NCBI GenBank assembly: GCA_964019335.1
Contig: OZ025702.1
Coordinates: forward strand, 372,001-436,000
Length of the DNA: 64,000 nucleotides
Direction of reading: 5' to 3'
DNA from: Diplonema japonicum
Taxonomy: Eukaryota; Protista; Euglenozoa: Diplonemea
Shown here: piece after piece, positions 47,780 through 57,723 of the stretch
How the letters are laid out: every line of letters starts with the position of its first letter
How positions within the stretch are numbered: position 1 is the first letter of the stretch
Notes under the pieces: model-generated
The model's input: the letters and a program-made list of their open reading frames with translations, nothing else
What the model was told of the DNA's origin: nothing
The model's database searches: none
Made by a program: the position numbers and the translations under genes

Positions 47780-50395
47780 ATGCAGGGTTTGCTGTCTTTA
47801 CTGCTTGTGTTGTGTGGGTGTGTAGGAGGTGCTGCTGCCCTCGAACGGGATAAGTGGCCTGCTGGGCTTCACGAAGAGCATCAGATCATCATCATCACAG
47901 CATGCGTGGCCATGGGTGTTGGCTGGGCATGCTGCGTAGGACTGGCGATGGGGAAGAAATGGGTGGTAAAACTCCCGGTCCTGATCCTCATTGTGATCAT
48001 ATCTTCGGTGATACCTGTAGGGCTCATCACATGGGGGGTGACGTATGCAGCAACAAGGGATGTTATTCAAGATAAGTCCGAAGAGCTCCTTGTTGCAACT
48101 GCAGGAATAATCCGAGACGCTGTTGCTCGAGAGCTCGACATCGGCGTGGGGATCCTTGAGCTCACATCGTCGAACATTGCAAAAAACCGCTTCGACGTGG
48201 CCGAGCTCCACCCCGAGCCCAACAACTATTTCATTCAACTCGTCAACACCGTCGGGTCCTCCTCACGTTCCATTGAACAGATATATTACGGCACCGCAGA
48301 AGGCCGTCTTGTAGGAGCTGGAATCGGTCGCAACGACACCGAAGCACGCCATCTTACTGGGGTTCTTCCAGGTGATGCCATTCCCTTTAACGGGAGTTGC
48401 GTGACAAATAATTATATTGACGAGTGCGATGTTGTACCTGTGGACTGTGCGGATGCTTGGGTCGGTTTTCAGTGTGGGGAAACGTGCAGGCCGAACGTAG
48501 TCAGCCAACGGGAGTGTACTGGGTTCAACGATAGCGACCCGCATCTTCTCCTTTTTTACGTGGACCGTGTCACCGGCGATCTCGCTACTGATGCTTCGCA
48601 ACAAACAGGTATTGAGACGATCAGGTACGACCCTAGAGCCCGGCCGTGGTACCGCGATGTCAGCACCCCGTACTGGTCAGACGTTTACATATTTTCTGGA
48701 TCGCAGGGAGGTTCCGGGTTTACAGTGTCGCTTGCTGTGAAAAACCCTGCTGGTGTTATGTCTGGAGTGCTGGCGGTGGATTACTCGGTGTATAGTTTGT
48801 CACCACTTCTCATCAGCAGCAAGTTCTCCGACAGTTCGCTCATCACAATCTTCACATTGGACGGCATATTGATCTCATCGTCGTTGACCGATGACGAGTT
48901 GATAAGAGAGGCAGACAACGCAAATGCATCCAAAATTCTGCTCAACATCACAGCACTCCCCGGCCCGAAGCTTCGCGGTGTCTACACCACAGTCCAAAAC
49001 CGATACGGAACTATAGAAATGGCTGCAAATCGAACAGCGCTTTTGCAAGAAGGCTCCGATATCATCCTATTGTACCCCATTGCGATCAAAGGCGGCCTGC
49101 GCCTCGTGATGACGATCTCGCTCCCGTACAGCGACGTGATGGGGAAGGCAGACACAGCGTCAACGACAGCACTGCTCCTCGCAGTCGCCATCAGCATCTT
49201 CTGCGGTGCGTTGATGTACGTTGGAGTGGAGTTCCTCCTTCGACCATTACAAGGACTCGCCACGGATATGAACGAGGTGGCGTGGATGAGACTCGACGCG
49301 GTTTACCTGGAGAAAAACCTCAGCGCTATTTATGAAATCGCGTGGATGCAGAAGTCGTTCAAGCTCATGGTCAGGAACCTCATGGAGTACAAGGAGTACC
49401 TTCCGCAGACAGTTCTATTAGACGAGAGCGAAGAAGACAGCCATTCAGAACACGCACCTTCAAGAGCATCAGCATCACGCACTTCAAAGTCAAGCATGGA
49501 CGGCGACAGCTCAAGAATGAGCACAGAAGTTACGTCACGAGTTGCTGTGGGACTCTCTGCTGAGATTCGTACAAGAGCTGTGACATTGATGGCGGTGAAC
49601 ATTGTGGGCTTCCATCAGTACGCGATAGAACTGACGCACGACACGATGGCTATGGTGCACTCGAAGTACTTGGAACGAATCCATCTGTCGGTGAAATCTC
49701 TCCGCGGCCTCCTCGAAGAGTTCTCAGGCGACAGGGTGCTTCTTTCTTTCAACGCAATGCTAGCAAACGCAACCCACCGTGAACGTGCGGCACGCTTGGC
49801 CATGACACTACAATCCCCTTCAGACGATATGGATTTCCCGGAAGTAGCCGATGTCCCTATCAGCATTGGTATCGCAGGCGGGAAAGCACTCTGCGGCAAC
49901 ATGGGCTGCACCGGTTTGAAGAAATACTGTATAATCAGTACAGTCTCCAATACAGTTAGAGCGTTAGAACGGCTCGCGAGGAATTGGGATGTTAAGATTA
50001 TGGTGGACCAGACGGTCGGGGAGGAGATTAGTACCTTATATGATTTGAGGAAGGTGATCAAGGCGAATTTGAAAGACGGCAAGGTGACGATGGTGCATGA
50101 ACTGATAGCATCGAAAGAAGCCGGGAATCGTGAGTGGATGTACCAACTGCAAACAGATGAAACACGAAGTGCGTGGTTCCTTTACAACAAAGGGGTGGAC
50201 TCGCTGTATAAAGGTGACTATGCTGTGGCTCGAGACCTGGTCCGCGCGTCCCCTGAGTCCTACGCGAAAGAAATGTTGCTGAAATGGATCCAGTATTGCA
50301 TGGTGACGCATGTTGATTTACCGCCTCTTCCTATCCCCATCGAAGCTGCAACCCCTATGCCCTGGGCTCGAACTGTGCGGGGCTCGTCTCGGTAG
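47780..50395 (+). CDS. Receptor-type class III nucleotide-cyclase-like protein, paralog 2
   Basis: YDPRARPWY...WSDVYIF Cache motif, EEFSGD, GIAGGKALCGNMG; shares a 344-bp identical block with paralog 1. Confidence 0.8.
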   Translation: MQGLLSLLLVLCGCVGGAAALERDKWPAGLHEEHQIIIITACVAMGVGWACCVGLAMGKKWVVKLPVLILIVIISSVIPVGLITWGVTYAATRDVIQDKSEELLVATAGIIRDAVARELDIGVGILELTSSNIAKNRFDVAELHPEPNNYFIQLVNTVGSSSRSIEQIYYGTAEGRLVGAGIGRNDTEARHLTGVLPGDAIPFNGSCVTNNYIDECDVVPVDCADAWVGFQCGETCRPNVVSQRECTGFNDSDPHLLLFYVDRVTGDLATDASQQTGIETIRYDPRARPWYRDVSTPYWSDVYIFSGSQGGSGFTVSLAVKNPAGVMSGVLAVDYSVYSLSPLLISSKFSDSSLITIFTLDGILISSSLTDDELIREADNANASKILLNITALPGPKLRGVYTTVQNRYGTIEMAANRTALLQEGSDIILLYPIAIKGGLRLVMTISLPYSDVMGKADTASTTALLLAVAISIFCGALMYVGVEFLLRPLQGLATDMNEVAWMRLDAVYLEKNLSAIYEIAWMQKSFKLMVRNLMEYKEYLPQTVLLDESEEDSHSEHAPSRASASRTSKSSMDGDSSRMSTEVTSRVAVGLSAEIRTRAVTLMAVNIVGFHQYAIELTHDTMAMVHSKYLERIHLSVKSLRGLLEEFSGDRVLLSFNAMLANATHRERAARLAMTLQSPSDDMDFPEVADVPISIGIAGGKALCGNMGCTGLKKYCIISTVSNTVRALERLARNWDVKIMVDQTVGEEISTLYDLRKVIKANLKDGKVTMVHELIASKEAGNREWMYQLQTDETRSAWFLYNKGVDSLYKGDYAVARDLVRASPESYAKEMLLKWIQYCMVTHVDLPPLPIPIEAATPMPWARTVRGSSR

Positions 50396-50409
50396 TGGTG
50401 TATTTTTTT

Positions 50410-50945
50410 TTTTATTTCACTCTTCGTCATTTTCTTCACTCACTAGGGGCCTCATTATTTAACGCGAAACGGCCATTATTTAACGCGAAATCGCCATTAT
50501 TTAACTAGTTAAATAATGAGATTTTGCAGTTAAATAATGGCCCTTCAGAGTGAAATAATGGGTCTTGTCGTGGAAAAAAATGCACCCATTGGGGGGGGGT
50601 ATTTTGACTATTTTTGGCCATCTGAGGCCATTCCAGCCCTTAAAAGTGGGAATAAGTGCCTTACTTCCCCTTTAAATGCCACGGCGAAATAGCTACCCTG
50701 TATTACCTTAGGAAAATCCCCAAAAAGCTGACCTGCGTGAAAAAAAAACAGCAGTGAAAGCAGTGAAGAGTGAGTGACTCAAATGACGAAAAGTGAAATA
50801 AAACGACTTACTTGCCGCCAAATGAGCCATTATTTAACACTCGTTACCGTTTTTTTGCACGAGGGCCCTGCGGGCCCTCGTGCAAAAAATTCGGGAACTC
50901 GAGTTAAATAATGACTCATTATTTGTTGGCAATAAATAGCTATTT
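50410..50945 (-). mobile_element. Non-autonomous hairpin-ended element, copy B (inverted relative to 22133-22665)
   Basis: Near-identical reverse complement with one extra TTAAATAATG unit. Confidence 0.8.
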
Positions 50946-51114
50946 TTTCTTTCTCCCGTCCGTTCATAGAGACTTAAAAAAAAATCTTTTTTCTTTGAAG
51001 ACAGTGCGGTTTCGGTGATGTATTTTTTTAACCAAGCAACAAAAAAAAAGCAGCATTTGTAAAGAGGCACATGGTGCCCCAAACCCCCTACGACACAGGT
51101 GCAGGTCAGAGAAC

Positions 51115-51160
<46 letters not shown>

Positions 51161-51520
51161 GTAGTCTCTATTTTTTTTTTTTTTTTTTGGATTTTGTTTC
51201 TCGTTCTATTCACCATCACCCTATTCTTCTTCACCACCATTCACGCTATTTATTTATTTATTTATTATTCTTTTTTTTTTTTGAAAAAAAAAAGAAGAAA
51301 AAGAGAGAATAAAAAAAACGAACGAACCAAAAAAAAAAAAAAGGAAGAAGAACACACACCTCCAGATACGCTGCTATTTTTTTTTTGGTACCCCTAATCA
51401 AGAGAAGATCTTGTTCTTAGCAGGGGGGGAAAGAAGAAGGAAAAAAGAAACCCAAATCCCCCTCCTCTCTTTCTTTTTTTTTCAGGCGTCCTGCCACAGA
51501 CCGCAGGTACCCTTTAATGT

Positions 51521-51569
<49 letters not shown>

Positions 51570-51616
51570 TTACGGTTTGACACCACTCCAAAAATCTTAT
51601 ATATAAAAAATATACA

Positions 51617-51855
51617 CTGTAAAGCGAAAAATTCTGGAGAGAAAATTGCCGAAGTGACAAACAACCGGAAGCGAAGGGGACCCTGGAGGATCTTTCTGTG
51701 ATTTTTGACAGCAAACCGGCCTGCAAACTGGAGCCTTACGGCTGCATTGATGCCCGGGGTCTTGACCTTAAGAAGATAGTGTTCTCAAAAAAAAAAAAAA
51801 AAAAAAAAGAAAAAAGCCCGGATATTTTTCTTTTCCGGATTTTTTCGTTTTACAG
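51617..51855. mobile_element. MITE related to the pogo-like family
   Basis: CTGTAAAGCGAAAAATTCTGGA...TCCGGATTTTTCGTTTTACAG-TA imperfect TIRs; left flank is CA rather than TA. Confidence 0.55.
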
Positions 51856-52956
51856 TATATGTGTTTATATATCGAAAAGCTATTTGTAGCGCGTGTGTGC
51901 TTTGTCACCAGGCTTTCAGTTATGTGGCACATAGCTGAAACAGGCCTTGCGATATAGCCCCTCCCCCCCCCCCCCCTCCAAAGACACGTGCTTGATGTTT
52001 CATTCCCCCCTCCCTTTCTCTCCCCCCTTTTTTTTAGAGTACATTCTTTTCACACCTGAAATAGTATCGAGTTTCATTATTGTTTGCGAAGAGAAAAGAA
52101 AAAAAAAAGAAGGGGAAAAAAAAAAAAAAAAAAAACATATCTTGCGCGCCCTTGGCGAAGTGCAACCAGTAAAGCCAGTGGCCGTCTTTTCATCCTCTCC
52201 ACAATGCATATTTTGCCAGTAACAGTTTTTTTTTTTTTTTTTTTTTTTGAAAAACCCCTTTCATACATTTCAGCGTCAACGCAGTAGTCGACTCCCATCT
52301 CCCCCCCTTTTTTTTCTTTTTTTTTTTTCCTTCTTTTTTTTTTTAAAAAACTGACACCGTACAAAAAATTTGATTTTTCGATAAAATAACTCAAAAAAGG
52401 AGAAAGAGGAAGGGGAGGGAGAGAGAGAGAGAGAAGGCCCGATTTGTTTTGACTGTGGGCCGTTGGCTGAGTTGTTGCCTCGAGTACCTGAAGAATAAGT
52501 TTTTGCGATTTCAAAAGAAAGAGCCAAAGAAGAAAAAAAAAAGTTTGATCTAGTCATGGCAACAATATCCTTTCAGCAACTGCCAGCACGGTTTTTAGAC
52601 ACAATCCCCTTATATATAACTCTATCTCCCAGTAAGCAAGGTTTTGTGCAAAATCTTGTGGTTACTCTGGGCGACCCACACTTTACAAAGAAAAAAAAAA
52701 TGCAAAAATAGCAAATTTTCTCCTGACGGAAGGGGGGCCAATAAGGGTCTTAGAAAATTCTTTTTTTTTAAATGTCTTTCTCTTTTTTTTTTTTTAAGGC
52801 AATCCTGCCACATACTGCAGATTACCTTCAAAGACATCTTGTCTTCTTTTCTTTTTTTTTTTTCCTTTCCCATTTACGAGGTATCACAAAAAAAAAAATT
52901 GTTTTTTCTTTTTTTTTTCCCCTTTGTTTCTTTTGCTTTTTGCGAAAAAACAAAAA

Positions 52957-52989
<33 letters not shown>

Positions 52990-53000
52990 AAAAAATTAAA

Positions 53001-54374
53001 ATAACTATTTATTCCGGGGCAATAAAGTAGGGTTTATTTCCCCGAGACAGATTGTGGCTCCCGAGGACATAATTTTTACCTCGCTTCGCTCGGTAAAAAT
53101 TGGTTCCGAGGGGCCAGGACAATCTGTCGAGGGAAAAGGTAAACCCTACTTTACCCCGGAATACGGCGTTTTATTTACAGTTTATTTTCCCGAGGCCTAA
53201 ATTCTCAAAGAGCGGGACGTGGACTCCGGAATACGCTGGACGATCACGCTTGTTTGTAGAATGAAAAAAATAAAAATGGCAAAAGAAAAGAAAAAAAAAG
53301 GGGTGGAGTGGGTACTATCTACTCCTGGCGTGTGCGGATGTTGATATTGATGTTGACGTCCTGTGACTGGCTTGGGCTTCCTGGTCCTGGGCTGGTCTGT
53401 ATTTGACTCAAAAGTCCTGCCATGTGTTGCACACTGCTTGTGCTCTGTTCCACGTGTGCTGGCATGCTTGGGTTTCTCCATCCAAAATGTGATTGCATCA
53501 TGGAGATAGATGCGCCGTTTTTCAGCAGCAGCTGTGGCCGCAGAACGTCGAAAAGTGATGGAAACTTGGATATCTCATTGGCGGGCTTTCCGATGACGGA
53601 TGCCACATCGTACCCCAGTTTGTATACCTTTGCCAGGAACAGACGCTTGGTCTCTTTCTTAGGTCGTAGCAACGTACTGGTCCATTGCTGATGCATAAAA
53701 TGCCAGACATGTGGAATTTTGTGTGCCCACCCGTCTTTGAACGTGCTACAGTGCAGATAAAACTCCCATCAACTTGATTCTTAACAATGTCGCTGATTTC
53801 CAACGACACCACTTCGCAAGCTCTCATGCCCCCGCTAAACATGCAAGCAACGATAGCGGCGGTAGCGGTCCCTTTTTTTTTGTTCAATATAATTTTGAAC
53901 CTCGTCACTTTATAAAGTGGCAGCCACGTGACGCTCTTCGTTACGGTCCCAGGACTTTAACAAAGACGTCAAGCGAGGCCAAGCTTGTAGTTTGCAGTTG
54001 TACTTGGCTTTGAAGGTTGCGTTCAATTTGGAGTAAAGACACCAGAGGCTCGATGCCTTGAGCCCGGCTTCCCTCCTGCTTTGGAAGTAGGTCAAGATAT
54101 CTTGCTCACGCGGCTTCCCTGCTATGTTCTCTGACTCGAGCATCGCAGTCCACGCTTTTTCATAGGAAGGGTTCTTATATGTGTTTGACTCATAGATCTC
54201 TTCCATGCGCTTGACCTTCTTGCTTTTTGGCATCTTTAATAAAAAAAAAGAGCTGGAAGAATTATGTTGGCTTAAAAGTTTATTTGCCCGGGGGGGGGGG
54301 GGGGGGGGGGAAACCCTACTTTACGTTCCCCGCTCTTTGAGAATTTAGGCCGAGGGAAATAAACTGTGAAATAA
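53001..54374 (-). mobile_element. Crypton-like tyrosine-recombinase transposon, frameshifted
   Basis: Minus-strand pieces: ASSLWCLYSKL, FSGGMRACEV (Arg I), RSKT (Lys), TFRRSAATAAAE (HxxR region, frameshifted), HFGWRNPSM; terminal palindrome and inverted repeats. Confidence 0.85.
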
Positions 54375-55951
54375 AAAAAAAAAAAAAAAAAAAGTTCTTC
54401 TTTCTTATGTCGTATGTCTCAATAATGATTTCTTTTTCTTTTTTCTCTTCGTTATGTGTTTCTTTTTTCTTTTTTTTTTCTCGCTTTCTTACCCGTTGTC
54501 TTTCCTTTGTGATCAACAAACCTCCAAGGAAAGGAAGAGGGAAGAAATAAACAGCAACAGCTGTTTCAAACGTGTAGGGTAGAACAGCACATTTGCTGTA
54601 TCTTTTTCTCTTTATCTTTCTTTCTTTTTTTTTTTTTTTTTTTTCCCTTCGAGATAAATTGTAACAGCAGTACTGGAACAAACAAAAGAGAAGACAATTC
54701 TCCTTCTTTTGGAAGAAGTAAAAATATCTGGCAGTGGGAACTTCAACTCCAAGCGAATCGAAAAAAGGGGACACGGGTTATGGTCTAGCTTTTTTTTTTT
54801 TTTTTCTTATCTTGCTTTCCCACCTTCCCACCCTGTCCCCTATGTTCTGATCTCAAAAATGGTTAGTAGTAAGCAACAAAGCCACACCCATGGGTGCCCA
54901 ACCTTTTTTTTCTTTGTTTTTTGCGAGCGCATATCTTTTTTTTTTTTTTTTTTTTTTTAAATAAACAGGCCCCTTTCGTATTTTCCACCAAACTTGATGC
55001 CCTTTTCGATTTCACCAAACACGGAAAACCCAATTTCATTTTCCCACTGTTCCCTGGGAACCATCAAAATTTTCCTTTCCTATGAAAACTAATTTGACTA
55101 AAAGAGGAAAAGGATTGACTCTACAGTACGACACTACGAAGGCTGGGTGTAGAGCACCTCGAGGAGGGTCTGCGGCTGTGAAGCAGTAGTCGAGTAGCGG
55201 GGATTCTTGCAAGAACGGGCAATGTCTCCTTCGCCCAGTTTCCTCTCATCCCTTTGATTTGGTTACACCAGGGCTAGGGAATCTTCACACCCGCAAACAC
55301 TTGGGTTTGGACTTAACAATCCACCTTTTTTTGCAACGGCAGGGGGTCCTTCCCCAATGTTCAGACTGCTGAAATGCACGCGGGGTACCTCTTTTAAAAC
55401 CTGAAAAGTAGTTGGAAGTAGGCTTTCTGATGTACCTTATTGTAGCTTTCAAGGGAGAAGGCGAAAGTAGTGATGAATGGTTTAAGCAAAGGACAGTGGA
55501 AGATGGAAAATATTTTGGTGGATATGAAATTGCAAGTTTAACGATGAACAATAGGAAATATACTCGGGGTGGACAAAAGGGTAAAAACAGGGCACAGAGT
55601 TTGGCGGAAAATCCAAATAAGCGTGTTTTTCCTTTTTTGAAAAAAGATGTCCCCATTTTTGCAAGGGGTCCCTGCCTGGCTGGAGGGAGGATAAAAATTA
55701 TAGTCAAAGGTTTGCTTTCTTTTTTTGAATTGCTGTAAACCTACCTTTACGTTGGACCTTCTAAGAAGTAACCCTGTTTTTCTTTCTTCCAAAACCTGTT
55801 GATGCTCCAATCGTATTTTTTGTTGAAAATTAAAAAATGGGGCGATTTGAGTTTCCCATTCTGGGTTGTAAAACCTACCTGTGCAAGTTTCGAGAACAGG
55901 AAAAAACAAAATTGTCGCGAAACAAGAAAATGATAGCTGAGAGAATTGTCA

Positions 55952-56004
55952 GCCTCCCTAGCTCAGTCGGTAGAGCGCAAGGCCCTTAACCTTGTGGTCG
56001 CGGG
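55952..56004 (+). tRNA. tRNA-Lys (CTT) with C33, truncated by the assembly gap
   Basis: GCCTCCCTAGCTCAGTCGGTAGAGCG-CAAGG-CCCTTAA-CCTTG-TGGTCGCGGG. Confidence 0.85.
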
Positions 56005-56204
56005 NNNNNNNNNNNNNNNNNNNNNNNNNNNNNNNNNNNNNNNNNNNNNNNNNNNNNNNNNNNNNNNNNNNNNNNNNNNNNNNNNNNNNNNNNNNNNNNN
56101 NNNNNNNNNNNNNNNNNNNNNNNNNNNNNNNNNNNNNNNNNNNNNNNNNNNNNNNNNNNNNNNNNNNNNNNNNNNNNNNNNNNNNNNNNNNNNNNNNNNN
56201 NNNN
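56005..56204. other. Assembly gap (200 N)
   Basis: Run of N. Confidence 1.
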
Positions 56205-56293
56205 AAAAAAAAAAAAAAAAAGAAAACGAAAAAAGAAAAAGTACAGTAAAGGGAATTTCTTTGTGTTTCCCTTCAAACAAATACGCACGCGTG

Positions 56294-56324
<31 letters not shown>

Positions 56325-57107
56325 GAGCTTTTAATAGAGTTTGCGAAGTTGTACTCTTCTAACTAAAACGAATAAGGTATTCAAAGAAAAATAATTTTAA
56401 AAAAAAAAAAGAAAAGCCTGTTATGTTTACTTTTTCTATCGGGTTCTGTTCTGTTAAGTGTTGGTTCTTTTTATTGGTGGACCGTTGCTAACCACTTTGT
56501 TCCTATCATAGTGAATTTATTTATTTATTTTTTTTTCTCTTTCACTGCAATAATATATTCAATTTATACTTTCTTAATTCCCCTTTTTTTTTTATATATA
56601 TATATCCTTTTTGCTATTTTTTTTCTTCTCTTCCCCAACAGGGAAAGATAAAACGCTCTCCTCCTCCCAGGTGGGGAATAGGTTGGTAATGTATTCCCCT
56701 TGAGGACACCACTGTGTGCCACTTCGCCAGATGGGTCCGGTATCTGCAGATGACTAGAAGCCGACGCTCTTGAACAAGCTTCTAAGTCCTTCCCTTGTAG
56801 GGCAAAGAGTTTACTGTTAAATTTTTCTTCTTCTTTTGTTTTCTATCTAAACGCTGTCACTTTACGCCAAAACAGCCTTTTTACCGCCATGGTAACCTAT
56901 TTTGATTTCCACTGGGGCCAAATAAGTAGTGAACTTTTCTGAACTTTGCTGCCGCTTCTTACTTCGTTTTTTGCCATGCTCATGAAAAACCTCACCAAGG
57001 CATTTAAAATGATACAGGTTACCGTGGGCAACATGGGAGGTGGGGGGAAGTATATAAGTTGAAATATCGATTTGGGCTTTTGGCTTTTGGGGTCGTTTTC
57101 TCCAAAA

Positions 57108-57138
<31 letters not shown>

Positions 57139-57723
57139 TAAAAATAAAAAAGAAAGAAAAAAAAAAAAAGAAAACCTACTATTTAATTATTAACTATTTT
57201 GGGGGAACGGAAAAAAAAAAAAATTCCTCTCCTTCTCCTCCCAACCCGAAGAAATCAGTTGACCCAGAAACAGACGGAAGGAAATCCGAAACACAGAAAG
57301 AAGGAAACTTAAAAAGAAAAAAAAAAGAAATAATACAAAGTTCGGGAAGGAAAAAAAAAAAAAACTAAAAGAGAGGAAGAGGAAAAAAAAGAAGAATTCC
57401 CCCATTCCCATCCCCTTACTCCCTTTCCCAGAAAATGGTTCAGGTGAACTAGCTGGACCAGAGCAAAAAAAAAACACTAAGAATGAAAAAGAACGAAGAA
57501 AAAAAAAATGAGGAGTTTCACCACACCTTCTCGTTAGTGTATTTTCTTTCTATCTGCAGTTCAACAAAAAAAAAAGATCCATCAAAAAGCACAAAAAAAA
57601 AAAATAATAATGATAATAATAGTCTTCACCCCTGCATCCTTTTCATCAAAATCTCCTAATATCTTCACTCTACACCTGTCCCCCCCCCCCCCACCCCTTG
57701 CCGATTATTAAAAAAAATGAATA

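Noticed and set aside
52138-52222. WW-like peptide LARPWRSATSKASGRLF
   Set aside because: No acceptor AG or start codon, and the aromatic core is incomplete
54965-57040. Short ORFs flanking tRNA-Lys, including a PHD-like YHFKCLG on the minus strand
   Set aside because: Interrupted by stops with no termini identified; possibly TE debris but unsupported
21120-57700. Many poly-K/poly-F/poly-P/poly-G ORFs in the track
   Set aside because: Translations of A/T/C/G homopolymer runs in spacers and introns
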